Assembly: GCA_963758525.1 (NCBI GenBank)
Contig: CAVWVQ010000005.1
Coordinates: 224,001-288,000 of the forward strand
Reading direction: 5' to 3'
DNA length: 64,000 nucleotides
Source of the DNA: an uncultured Phycisphaerales bacterium
GTDB lineage: Bacteria; Planctomycetota; Phycisphaerae; Tepidisphaerales; Tepidisphaeraceae
Shown: in pieces, positions 23,400-34,374 of the stretch
Layout: the number at the start of each line of letters is the position of its first letter
How positions within the stretch are numbered: position 1 is the stretch's first letter
The notes under the pieces: model-generated
What the model saw: only the letters and a program-made list of their open reading frames with translations
Told to the model about the DNA's origin: nothing
Database searches by the model: none
Translations under genes and position numbers: made by a program

Positions 23400-24608
23400 A
23401 TGAGCGAGATGGATCCGCCGTTAAATCTTCTGTCCGTCGCCGCGTTCCCGGAGCTGGCGGCCGCAGTCCGCCTGCGTCAGGAGGGCGTGACGCATCGATG
23501 GGAGCAGGTCGTCCGCCAAATACTCCCCAAGGCCGACGAGCTGACGTTCACGCAATTACGCGATGACATCCCGCGTGTCCTGGCGCAGATTGCCGATGCG
23601 CTCGAGCGCGCCGGTTCGCGACACATCGACGATCTGCTGGCCTTGAGTGAAGCGCACGGCTCCATCCGCTTCCACCAAAGCTACAACCTCAACGAAGTGC
23701 TCCTTGAATACGATCTGCTCCGGCCCCTGCTCCTCGAGGAAGTGGTTCAGCAGATGGGACGAAGGCTCACGATCGACGAAATCGTCGCGATCAACGCCGG
23801 TATCGACGTCAGCGTGCGACGATCGGTGCTCACATTCGTCCGGTATCAATCGCAGGAACTCTCCGCGGCCACCGAGTCGCAAAGCAAATACCTCTCGTTC
23901 CTTTCCCATGACCTCCGCGGCGGCTTGAACGGTGTCTTTCTGATGATTGAGGTTCTCAAACGCGAGCTCGCCGGCGAAACGCGCCTTGCTGCCACCATCG
24001 AAGATCTCGACAGCATGCGCCGGTCGTTGCTTGAGACGGTTGCGACCATGGACCGCTTTCTGCATGCCGAGCGCTTCCGCAAGGGGAAGGTGCAGGTTCA
24101 CAAGACGCGCGTCGATCTGAGGAATCTCTGCAATGAGGTCGTCGCGCATTTCATCTATCAGGCGCAGGAAAAGGGTCTCAAGCTGGAATCTGCCGTCGAT
24201 GGCGATTGCGTCCTCAACTCCGATCGCGAGCTCCTGTCGCTCGTTCTGCAAAATCTTGTCTCCAACGCGGTCAAGTACACCGAACACGGCGCCGTGCGCG
24301 TCACCGCCAAGGCCATTGCCGGTGGCGGATGCCTCGTGGCTGTCATCGACCAGGGTCCCGGCATCGAACCGGATAAACTTTCCGAGCTCTTCGCCGCCTT
24401 TACCCGCGGCCAGACCTACGGCCAGCCTGGCGTCGGTCTGGGGCTTTCCATCGCGCGCCAGGCGGCCGATCTGTTGCAGGCAAAGCTCTGGGCCGAGTCG
24501 GCGCCCGGGAAGGGGTCGACGTTTTTTCTGGAGCTCGCGCCGGGTAAATCGGGAATCATCCTGAGCCTTCTTTGCCGCCGCCAGATAGTGCCATACAAAA
24601 GTCCGTGA
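23400..24608 (+). CDS. Cytoplasmic sensor histidine kinase (RsbRD-N-like sensor, HisKA, HATPase)
   Basis: SHDLR H-box, NLVSNAVKY, DQGPGI, GVGLGL; no adjacent response regulator. Confidence 0.88.
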   Translation: MSEMDPPLNLLSVAAFPELAAAVRLRQEGVTHRWEQVVRQILPKADELTFTQLRDDIPRVLAQIADALERAGSRHIDDLLALSEAHGSIRFHQSYNLNEVLLEYDLLRPLLLEEVVQQMGRRLTIDEIVAINAGIDVSVRRSVLTFVRYQSQELSAATESQSKYLSFLSHDLRGGLNGVFLMIEVLKRELAGETRLAATIEDLDSMRRSLLETVATMDRFLHAERFRKGKVQVHKTRVDLRNLCNEVVAHFIYQAQEKGLKLESAVDGDCVLNSDRELLSLVLQNLVSNAVKYTEHGAVRVTAKAIAGGGCLVAVIDQGPGIEPDKLSELFAAFTRGQTYGQPGVGLGLSIARQAADLLQAKLWAESAPGKGSTFFLELAPGKSGIILSLLCRRQIVPYKSP

Positions 24609-24632
24609 GCGACGCTATGATGAAGTGCTGTC

Positions 24633-24941
24633 ATGGTTGATCTGATCGAACACCAATCTCCGCGATTATTTGAGCTTTGCCGGAAGTACGGTGTGCGCCG
24701 CTTGGACCTATTCGGCTCAGCCCTGCGAGAGGATTTTGATGTGGAACGCAGTGACCTTGATTTTGTAGTTGAATTCCACAACTTTACGATCGAGAACGCC
24801 GCCGATCGCTATCTGGGCCTGATGATCGACCTGGAAGATCTGTTCCACCGCAAGATTGACTTGGTTTCCTATCGCGCCATCAAGAACCCGTATTTTAAAC
24901 AATCGGTGGACAACACACGGGTCAACCTGTATGCCGCTTGA
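24633..24941 (+). CDS. MNT nucleotidyltransferase antitoxin
   Basis: LFGSALR...SDLDFVV, KIDLV. Confidence 0.88.
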   Translation: MVDLIEHQSPRLFELCRKYGVRRLDLFGSALREDFDVERSDLDFVVEFHNFTIENAADRYLGLMIDLEDLFHRKIDLVSYRAIKNPYFKQSVDNTRVNLYAA

Positions 24942-25275
24942 AACGGCCAAGCTTCTGCTCGACATGAAGAGCGCCGCTGAGCGGATCGGCCGATTCGTCG
25001 GGGGAAAAACATTCGAGGATTATCTGAAGGATGAGCTTCTTCGCTCAGCCGTTGAAAGACAGTTTGAAATAATTGGTGAGGCCATGGCACGGCTGATTAA
25101 ACTGGACCGAACCGTTGCCGAGCAAATCAGTGAGTATCGTAAAATCGCCGGCTTTCGGAACGCCCTCATTCACGGATATGACTCAATTGATGATGAAACC
25201 AGTTGGGGAATAATCACGAGTAAATTGCCCGTTCTCGAACGTGAGCTGGCCTCGCTCCTCCCCCAGCAGAACTGA
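24931..25275 (+). CDS. HEPN/DUF86 RNase toxin
   Basis: AVERQFEIIGEA, RNALIHGYD (RX4H); overlaps the MNT gene. Confidence 0.88.
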   Translation: MPLETAKLLLDMKSAAERIGRFVGGKTFEDYLKDELLRSAVERQFEIIGEAMARLIKLDRTVAEQISEYRKIAGFRNALIHGYDSIDDETSWGIITSKLPVLERELASLLPQQN

Positions 25276-25423
25276 TTTGGCTTACTTGTCTCGCGCGGGC
25301 TTTGCTGAGCGTCGTGCACTCATCGCTCGATTGCTGCTTTGTCGATTGCCATCGGCCAAACTCTCGCTTCCCGTTCCCGCTTCCACTAAATTCATCGCAA
25401 AGCGACATTCAACCGGAGCATCC

Positions 25424-26218
25424 ATGGGCTTACTCGACGGAAAAAAAGGACTGATTCTCAACATCGCCAATGATCGCAGCATCGCCACGCACATCGCGTC
25501 GGCTGCGGTGCAGCACGGCGCCAAATGCGGCTTTGGCTTTCTGCCGATGGACAACATCGAAAAATCCCAGCGCCGTGTTCGCAAAGCCATGGAGGAATCG
25601 GGATATCCCGACGAATGGCTGCACCCCTGCGATGTCGGCAGCGACGAGTCGATCGAGAAGTTCTTCGCCGCCGCCACGGAGCGTTTCGACAAGATCGATT
25701 TCCTGGTGCATTGCCTGGCCTTTGCCGACCGCACCTATCTCAAGAAGGATGCCGGCAATTTCACGAGCACCCCGCGCGAGGTCTTCAAGCAGGCATGCGA
25801 CATCAGCGCGTACAGCCTGATCGCCCTGACCCGTGCCGCGCTTCCGATGATGTCAGAAGGCGGTTCCATCATCGCTTTGACGTATCTCGGCAGTGAAAAA
25901 GTGATACCCGGCTACAACGTGATGGGAGTGGCCAAAGCCGCGTTGGAGGCGACCGCCCGCTACCTGGCTTTTGACCTTGGCGGCCGAAAAATCCGCGTCA
26001 ACACGCTCTCCGCCGGCCCCGTCAAAACCCTCAGCGCCATGGCCGTCGGCGGGATCGACGAGATGTTCACTCACATGGAGAAAAAAGCCCCGCTCCATCG
26101 CAACATCACCGGCGAAGAAGTCGGCAAAACCGCCGTCTATCTCCTCAGTGACCTTTCCTCCGGCGTAACCGGGGAGAATATCTACGTCGATTCCGGCTTC
26201 AACATTGTGGGCTTGTAA
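25424..26218 (+). CDS. fabI: Enoyl-ACP reductase
   Basis: ANDRSIA, YNVMGVAKAALE, SAGPVKTL, VTGENIYVDSG. Confidence 0.94.
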   Translation: MGLLDGKKGLILNIANDRSIATHIASAAVQHGAKCGFGFLPMDNIEKSQRRVRKAMEESGYPDEWLHPCDVGSDESIEKFFAAATERFDKIDFLVHCLAFADRTYLKKDAGNFTSTPREVFKQACDISAYSLIALTRAALPMMSEGGSIIALTYLGSEKVIPGYNVMGVAKAALEATARYLAFDLGGRKIRVNTLSAGPVKTLSAMAVGGIDEMFTHMEKKAPLHRNITGEEVGKTAVYLLSDLSSGVTGENIYVDSGFNIVGL

Positions 26219-26240
26219 CGCTCACCCCGAACGCTCCCGA

Positions 26241-26269
26241 AAGCCAACGGATTGCCATCCGTGGGTCTT
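26241..26269. repeat. Imperfect palindrome (REP-like or terminator) after fabI
   Basis: AAGCCAACGGATTGCCATCCGTGGGTCTT. Confidence 0.5.
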
Positions 26270-26355
26270 CGTTTCCCGCAACAGGCAGTCGTATCGGATC
26301 GCACGTTGCCTTTGTCCCGCTTCACGATTGGATGAACATTTGGATTGCACATTTC

Positions 26356-26384
26356 TTGCCAACTTCGTTGCCGACCGATAGACT
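26356..26384 (+). promoter_or_regulatory. sigma70-type promoter of tRNA-Gly
   Basis: TTGCCA-17 nt-TAGACT, 12 nt upstream of the tRNA. Confidence 0.65.
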
Positions 26385-26396
26385 TTCTTCCACGCT

Positions 26397-26468
26397 GCGG
26401 GCGTAGCTCAGTGGTAGAGCGTCACGTTGCCAACGTGAATGTCGAGGGTTCGACCCCCTTCGCCCGCT
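26397..26468 (+). tRNA. tRNA-Gly(GCC), CCA not encoded
   Basis: Acceptor GCGGGCG/CGCCCGC, D-arm AGCTCAGTGGTAGAGC, anticodon arm TCACG-TTGCCAA-CGTGA, T-loop TTCGACC. Confidence 0.96.
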
Positions 26469-26762
26469 TTTTAAGTTTATATTTAACATGATGTTACACG
26501 TCTTGCTCATCGCCTGTTTTTGGTCAGGGAGAGTTCCTGAACGCTCCGCCGAAATCGCTTCCTCCCGCGCGATAACCTCCACATCAATCACCCTACCGCG
26601 CTGGCGCTGCGTTGCACTCCGATTTTGCGCGAAAGTTCTCGGAAAACGCGCCGATCAGTTGAAGTCTTGCGCCTTGTTCGTCTGACTGGAGCAGGTGTGT
26701 CGGGGAAGCGAAGGAGATGAACGCGCGGGGCAGGCGGCCGTCGTTGAAACCGCAAAGACCAA

Positions 26763-29178
26763 TCACTCATAGGTCAATTGCACGGTCGCCGCGCAAGCCT
26801 TGTTGCACCGGGCCCGCATCCACTGGGCCGAGTAGCCGGCGGGGAAATCGAACTTGACGGTTTGAGCGGCTGGGACGTCAAACGTCTGAAAGGGAACCCA
26901 CGACCCGTTGGCGAGAAAATCCACATCAATGCTGATTTGCACCGGGCCGTCAGCATCGTGAGATAGTCGCAGACTCTTGCGGTCATATCCCGCCATCAGG
27001 TAGGGATCGGACGGCTCATCGGGCCGCACAGTCGAGCGAAGCCAGGGTCCGCCATGGCCGCGCGGCTTGCCGAGTTTCCAGAGGTCATCGATATCCCCGA
27101 GCCACACTCCCGCGCCGCCGCCCGGCGCGGCGAAATAGTGGCCGTCGGGCATGGCGGAATCGCGCGTGCCGGCCAGGACCATCAGCCCGCGCCATGAGCA
27201 AAAATCGGTGATCCGCTTGTCATGCGTGCAGACCGGCTTGATCCGTGCAGCACCGCCCGCATTCGGGTAGGGCACCATGAAGAATGATCCACCGGCGTTG
27301 AGGAGAAAACGCTCGGTCACGCATTCGCGGATCAGCCGCGGCGACAGGCCGAGGTGATCGTACGTTGTGGAAATCGGTAGGCGGTAACGTCCCTTACCGT
27401 CTTCGATCACGACCGACGCATCGTCGAGATGAACGACGTATTGCTGTCCCACGCCGATGGATTTGGGCTCAGCCAGGGCGGGACCACTGTACGGGCGGAC
27501 ATGCAGGTCGGGCGTGATCTCAAACGCCGTCGCAGCGGCCGAAGCGCCGGAAGCATCCACGGCGATCGAGTCGTACCATAGTGTCCCCTTATCGTGCCCC
27601 ATCGGACGAACCGTCCCCGCGTGCCAGGCCTCGCTGCCTTTCGCGTCGGCCAGTGAAGCAAACATCGCTGGATCCGTGACAGCTCCCCCACCGGGGCCAT
27701 AGTGAAAATACGCCGTCGCCTTCGGGCAATCGCGGTCGGTTTTCACGCGGACCCACTGCGCCGTAAACGTATCGGGGAACACGTGCCACGCATATCCGTG
27801 CGCCGGCACTGTGATCGACTCGTCCGCGACCCATCGTCCGCGGCCATCAACATCAGATTCGAACGTGAAGGTGACCGGCTGATCACAGTTGTGAGCCAGA
27901 TGAACCATCCGCTGGCGATACCCGCCGATCAAATATGGCGCCGAAGGCTCACCGGCCTTGACCGGATCGTCCACCCACGGTCCGCCGAATCCGGCCGGCC
28001 TTCCGTGAGTGACCAGATCCTCCCAGTTGGTGAACCAGAGGTTCGAGACGGATTGGCTGCACAGGGGGTTTCCCAACAACGAGGCGTCGTCGCAGCCAAA
28101 AACGATCCGATCGTTTCCCTGATATTTCCATGGGCAAAAATCACCAGTGATTTTCAGATAGGATCCCAGCGGGCGAATCCCACCGCTATTCGCGGCGGTG
28201 AAGGTCCTGGGAAAATCGAACCACTGGCCGTGCATGTTCATCAGGTAATGGCCGCCGGTCACCTCGCGAATGCGAGGCCATTCGGTATACCAGCCATTTT
28301 TGGAAACATACGAATAATCCGCGACGGGCAGGCGGTATTGGCGCCATTGGCCGGCATCGAGAAGCTCGAGGATGACCGAGCGTTTGTCCCACCCCAGCGC
28401 CCAGAGGGGACTGGCATCGTCGGGAGAACCGGTCAGGCCGCCGGGGCCGGTGATGTCGGTAAACTGGCGCCGCTCCAGGATGTGCCACTTCTTTCCGTCC
28501 CACTCGGCGAGCACGCCGCACGCTTCGGGGTCATCGTCGTATCCGGGATCAGTGGCGGCGGGCATTGCCGGGTTGCGGTTCCCGTCCCCGTTATTGGCGA
28601 CGACCAGCCGGTCCTGCCCGGTGTAGGCGCCCTTGCCGTGGTGACCGGGGGCAGCCCGCGCGAAAAGTGTCTTCACTGCCAGCGTGTGAACATCCACCTC
28701 AAAGAGCGCGCCCTCCATGTCATAGATGTACACTTTGTTCGCCGGATCACTCAGATCGCGTGCCGCGGCAGTAAGCCGGGCGGGCATTTGGCTGGGCTGC
28801 AGCGCGCGCACGTTCCGCTGCGCGTCAATGAAATACGGACCGATGATCAGTTGGTTGGATTCGGCGTGGATCATCCGGTCGGCCGGCGTTCCGCCGACGC
28901 TTTCCGGGCGCGTCACGCGGCGCAGGTTGCCGTCAATTTCGTAGAGTTTGTCGTCACTTCCGAGCGGTTGATGCGGGGCGTAGGTGATGACCCAGAGGCG
29001 ATCCGCCCAGCTGACCACCGCGCCGGTGCCGCACTCATTCTGGTGGTTCATTGTCGCCAGCTCGGGGTAGCGGCCGCTGACGGCGATCGGCGCCTGCCCC
29101 TGCGCGGGTGGCGCCGATGAGGGCGCAGGCCACTGCCATCAATGCGACACCGCAACGCCAAACTTCACGTGTTTTCAT
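26763..29178 (-). CDS. Secreted hypothetical protein with internal duplication (frameshift ~29100)
   Basis: GGAG RBS and signal peptide MKTREVWRCGVALMAVACALIG in another frame joins the 762-aa ORF; two GGPW..PS.PYL..GY modules. Confidence 0.78.
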
Positions 29179-29399
29179 CGATCAGCTCCACCAGGATCTG
29201 ACGGCCATCCGCTGCACGTCCCGCTCATGGATTCCTTGACATACCTCACGCCAGTTCAGTTGGTTGCTCCGGAATTCGGATCGCCTGGCAGCATAAGACT
29301 GAACGTCCTTGCCGCTGTCGGGACACTGCGGCGTCGTCACGCGCATGTACCAGCTCGAAGGAATCTTCGGGTTTCCTCAGCTCACTGCGGCAGATTGAT

Positions 29400-29580
29400 T
29401 GCCGATCCGTGTCCCAGCCGCCTGTGTCGGCGAACTGCTCGGCTTCGAGGAAGATCAGATTGGAGTTTCTCCCGGGAGCGACACCCTCGGCCGCGTTCAG
29501 CAAACGGCCCGGCAGCAGCCCGGCGATCACTGCGGCGCCTGAAAGACGGGCGAAATTGCGGCGTGTGGTTTCGATGTAGT
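29400..29580 (-). pseudogene. N-terminal fragment of a Tat-exported protein (resembles FAD-dependent oxidoreductase starts)
   Basis: TTRRNF Tat-like motif then IFLEAEQFADTGGWD, after which similarity is lost. Confidence 0.5.
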
Positions 29581-29681
29581 TGATTACAAATCCAATATTC
29601 GTTTGTGAAATTGCGAATTCGGCATGGTGCATTCCATTGCACCAACGCCACGACGCCAGGTTTTGGTGAATTGCATGAAGT

Positions 29682-30485
29682 TCATTTATTCTTTGGCGAA
29701 AAATCTGACGTAGTCGTATTGCACTCAGCCGGAAGCTTGTCGTCATCGACTTTTTTTGCGCCGCCGAGACCGGAGGCGATGGTGGTCAACCAGATGTTTT
29801 GGTCCCCATGCGGGAATTTGGTGGCATCAACCGTCTGCACCAGTTTGCCGTCGAAGAAATACTTCACGGTTTTCGCGGTGAACTCGCAGCCGAAAACGTG
29901 AAAGTTCTCGGAGAGATCGGGTGTTTTAACGGTCTTGTGCCCCATCACCTGGTGAGGCTTGGGGATCCATTGATGAACATTGACGCCGTAATCGGTGAGC
30001 CGAAGCGAATCATTCTCGCAAACGTCCAGTTCCTGCACGGCGTCGACAGGCTCGCTCTTCGCCCCGTGTTCCTCGTAGTGCATCATCCAGAATGAGGTAT
30101 GCCATCCTCCGCCGGGAGGCACCTTGAATCGCGATTCGTAGTAGCCGTATTTGAATGCCTTTTTGCTGATGATCCCACCGCCGGTGTAATGCAGTTTTCC
30201 GGCCTCCTCTTTTCTGCAAGCAAGGTGCAGCATTCCTCCGCCCAGCGATACATTTTCCGGCTTCTGAACGCTCCAGTGTCGCGCGTCGGTGCGGTAGTTC
30301 CATTCCGCGGCGTTGAGCTTGTCGCCGTCAAATTCATCGTGCCAGACGAGCTTGTAGCCCGCCATGCTCTGATCGGTCACCTGCGGCAGAATCGCGCCCG
30401 GCGACGCGGAATCCTCGTGACGAGCCGCCCCCAACACGAGCAACACCAGCGTCAAGAGCGAGATGCGAATTGAGTGGTTTTTCAT
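29682..30485 (-). CDS. Glycoside hydrolase family 16, secreted (probable frameshift ~29720)
   Basis: Signal peptide MKNHSIRISLL; WHDEFDG, YGYYESR, ELDVCE catalytic motif; YDYVRFF in the shifted frame. Confidence 0.85.
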   Translation of the reverse strand: MKNHSIRISLLTLVLLVLGAARHEDSASPGAILPQVTDQSMAGYKLVWHDEFDGDKLNAAEWNYRTDARHWSVQKPENVSLGGGMLHLACRKEEAGKLHYTGGGIISKKAFKYGYYESRFKVPPGGGWHTSFWMMHYEEHGAKSEPVDAVQELDVCENDSLRLTDYGVNVHQWIPKPHQVMGHKTVKTPDLSENFHVFGCEFTAKTVKYFFDGKLVQTVDATKFPHGDQNIWLTTIASGLGGAKKVDDDKLPAECNTTTSDFSPKNK

Positions 30486-30599
30486 GGCAGACCCCCGCCG
30501 GATCACTTGCGATAAATTACCAATATCCGCGGTAGTAGACGCCGGTGTCCAAGACATTCCATCTCTCCTGGACATTGTTCTGGGGGGACCCATCCCACG

Positions 30600-31523
30600 T
30601 GGCCATCGAATCGCCCAGGATGCAACTCCGGTGCTGGCCACGCCGCTGGCCTTGTCCACGCCGCCGTGGGCAAACTCCAGCAATCCGCCGGTGACTTCGG
30701 TCATGTTTCCAACGTTAACCATCGCCGTCTTATTCCCCGTCACCCCCGACGCGGTATCCACGACGGACAATCCCGAGAGGATCTGGGTTCCGGTAAAACT
30801 TTGAGTTGAATTGCCGGAGGGACTGGCGATTACGCGGAGCATGCCGCCGGAAAGGGTGAGGGTGTTGCTGCTGCTGAGCAGGTTACTGAGGCTGGCCGCG
30901 TTGGCGAAATCCACGACCACCGTGTCGCCGTTGACGGCAAGCCCGCCCGTGAACGTGCTGGCGCTGGTGCTGTTGAATGTGAGTCTATTAGGCCCGGCGG
31001 TGGCGATTCCATAACCGGTGCCGCTGATCAATCCGCCGAGGCTGATGTTTCCGGCGGCCATGTTGAACGTCTCATTACCGCCCAGGCTGAATGGGCTATT
31101 GATCGTTTCGGTGGCCGTGCTGTTATTCGTGACGGTTCCGGTGAGGATGAAATTGCCGCCAGTGTTCTGGACAGTCGTTCCGTTGCCGATCACAAACGCA
31201 CCGGCCCCAGAGTTGAACGTGATTCCCGCGACGTTCCAAGACGCGCCGGTTGTCAGATTATTGTTCAGATTCAGGCCCGCGGAGCCAGCGGCCCCGAAGA
31301 CCCAGGAGTCGCCGGAGATGGGCGGATTATTGGCCGCTCCGGTCCAGTTGGCTTCGGCCATATCCGCTGAAGTATCGCCGACCCACGTGTCCGTTGACGC
31401 CCAAACCGCTCGTCCGCCGAGCGCCGAAGCCGGGGCAGCTGCCAGCAGCAATTTCCCCCGTGCTGAGTTTCGGGACCGGACACCGCTGATGGGACGCTGC
31501 ATCTTAAACCCTCTGCTGGACAT
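30600..31523 (-). pseudogene. Truncated autotransporter-associated beta-strand repeat surface protein
   Basis: Signal peptide, G/T/N/S-rich beta-helix repeats (STFTGGLAVNG, LTLSGG); abrupt end. Confidence 0.65.
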
Positions 31524-31860
31524 TTTCGATCCTCTGTTAGCAGATGCGGCTTGGCAGCCGCGGGACGATTTGCCAGGAATGAACTGGTTCTTGCTTCAGG
31601 CAACCTCTCCGAACAGCCAGAAGTCAACAGCACTCAACATACTTCGCAAAAGGCCGACTGGACTCGGATTTTGCGGCAAAATTCTTAGAAAACCCGCCAA
31701 CAAACCCGGCAACCCATGGTCGCGCAGAAATACAAAGAGCGGGAAGTTTGACCGCGGACAACCCAGCGCTGCCTCGCGACGCTCGGCCGACAACCCAAGA
31801 GGGATATGCCGATATGCCGGGTAACTCCGCGGTCGAACCTTGTTCTGCGTTGAATTACAA

Positions 31861-34256
31861 TTAATGCGCGGACAGAATGATGTGCGTCATCAGTTCGGTC
31901 GCCGAGGCCGGGGAGTAGCCCATGATTCCGTCCACCGGCTCGCCCACCAGACCCGCGCTGAGGTCTTCGCGGCTGTAGATGATCGCGAGGCGACCGCCGA
32001 TTTTGATCCCTTGCAGCCGCGGCATCTTCGCGTGGCCCAGGCGCTGGCGGGCAAACTGACGATACTGCACCTCCTGCACGACGCGCCCGGGCTGCTGATA
32101 GACCGCCGAGGACGGATCGAGCGGCGATGCGATCTGCTGAGTATCGAGCCCGAACGTGGATTGCAGCATCTGCTCGACGGAATCCGCAAACGCTGTTGAG
32201 CCGCCGGCGGCGTCGATGATCAGCGTGCCGCCGCCAACGACGTACTTTTTGAGATCCTGGCGCTGGGCGTCGGTGAGGTTGAACGCAGCCGTTCCCGTCA
32301 GATGCGCAATCGGAGCGGTCAGCTTTCCCTCGCCGATTTTGACGTCTTCCACCTGCAGCGCAATCTTCTCGGTGTTGTGCAAAATCGCCGTCAGCCGGCG
32401 CCACCCGCCCGGCTCGGGGTTCCAGTTCCCCCCGTATTCCAACCGCGCGAGTTTGATGGTGCGATCGATCGGCGCGGCGGGATTTTCCGTCACTAGATAA
32501 GTCTTCCCCTTGCGTTCCAACCCGGACGTATCCCTGGCATAGAGAACAATGTCGGCCAGCAATTGGAATGACTCCGGATGCAGTGCATCATTGTGGTGCT
32601 GGAACGCCCGGGACAAATCCTCTTCGGGCAGCAGCATCAGCTCGCGCACGCCGTTGCTAAGTCCAAGGACCCGGGCAGGACGCTGGAACTTCGCCGCGTG
32701 GTATTGCTCGTTGGCGCAGATGGGGTGCGTTGGGGGGAGTTCGCGAAATTCGTAGGGGAACAGATCGCTGCCGAGCTTGAGGAAACTGTCGGTGAATTCC
32801 TTCTTATCACAGTCGGCGTTGCCGAGGATCATTCCGCCATCTTCGACAAATCGCCGGAGCTTGGCGCGTTCCGGCTCAGAGAAACTGAGCGGCTTGCCGC
32901 CTTCGATGACCAGGATCGGGGCATCGTGCAGCGCCGCGGCGGGAGAGGAGAAATTCACCACCTGCCAGTTGAAGCGGGTCTCCAGACGATGGCCCATCCA
33001 GTCGACGAAGTTGAGCAGATCCTGCGGCCGTTGGTTCCACTGCTCGACCGCGGGTTTCCCCGCCTCGGCAGGCGTCGGGTATTGGAGCTTGTCGAAAAGG
33101 ACCGGGGCGTCCCGTAGGCGAGGAACAGGAGGCAGAATGGCGTCCCCGCGGCGCCGGTATCATCCCAACCCCCATTGGGCTGTTGCGCGGCCACGAGGTA
33201 GTCGGCGCCTTCCTCAAACCAGTCGACTTTTCCGAAATATCGCAGCCCGCTGGCCACGCCCACCCGCGAGATGGCAAACAGGGCATATCCCTCGTGGTGC
33301 TGTTTATAAAATTCGTGGCTGACTTCGAAGGTGTCGGCGAAATTTTTCGCCAGCCAATTCAGTCCGTTGTCGATGTGCGGATCGTCGGCGTCTCCCTTGC
33401 ATTCGCTGGCCGTATTCAGAAAACTCTGGGTGATGAAGAGCGTTGCCACCCCGGCGGCGGTCATGGACGCAGTACGCAGCCCGAGATTGGCCGCCGATCC
33501 GTTGAACATATACGACCAGGCGCCGTCTGCATATTGATGCTTCTGCCAGGCCTGCTCGGTCAGGAGCCAGAACTTCTCCGGAACCTCGTAGCCAAGGGGA
33601 ACCATCACGCTCAGACCCAGCGCCCCCATCTGGCTGACGCTGTGATCGTATTTGTCTTCGGTCTTGTCGTCCCCCCCCGGCTTAAAGGGAGAATAGTACA
33701 TCAGCCCGTCGGCCTCTCCCTTCGACCTGACCGCGCTGATGAGTAAATCGACATCCTTCTGCCCCGCGGCGCGCACCGCGGGCGTTTGCGTCAGACGGCT
33801 CCAGACGAGGCAGCGGCAGCAGGAGGCGTAGACGCCTTGCGAGGGATGGGCCATCAGAAAGCTGATCGCCGCCGAGATGTGTTTGTCCCCCGCGGGTTCG
33901 CCCGCGGAGATCAGCGCGTACACCGTCAGCGCGGTCAGCCCTGTCCATTGCTGTCCGTTGTAGCCGGACTTCGGATTCGCCGGATCTCTCGCCTGCGCCA
34001 CCTCCCAATTACCGTTTCCGTTCTGCGAGTAGAGAAACTCGATCGCCTTTTTCATCGCCGCATCGATTCGCTCGGCCCGGACCTCACTCGGCAACTTTAC
34101 AACGGCGACAGGTTTGGAGGGCTCAGGTTTCCTGGCTGCGGGCTTGGATGGCTTTGCCGCTGCCGCAGGCCTGCTCACGTTGATCGCGAGGACTCCAACC
34201 AGACAAATCAAGGGGACGTAGAAGGCAGGCACGGAGGGGCGGAGGGACGGAGGCAT
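31861..34256 (-). CDS. DUF4159-domain secreted protein with prenyltransferase-like alpha/alpha repeats (frameshift ~33110)
   Basis: DHSVSQMGALGL, QYADGAWSY, QQPNGGW; C-terminal LRRFVEDGG, GNWNPEPGGW, IIYSREDLS. Confidence 0.75.
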
Positions 34257-34374
34257 TTGATTCCCCAGAGTAGCGTTCTCCCTGTCGAGTGCAGTGCAAT
34301 TTTGCGCCAAAGAAATCAGGAAACCCGCCAAGCCAAGCCTTGATCGAACCGGTGGCCCGGCAAGCGATCGTCAT

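Noticed and set aside
26322..26591. 89-aa ORF as a protein
   Set aside because: Largely an antisense translation of the tRNA
27702..29120. Long antisense or alternative-frame ORFs (also 4834-6117, 8030-9367, 62232-63545)
   Set aside because: Shadows of real genes in high-GC DNA with no recognisable motifs
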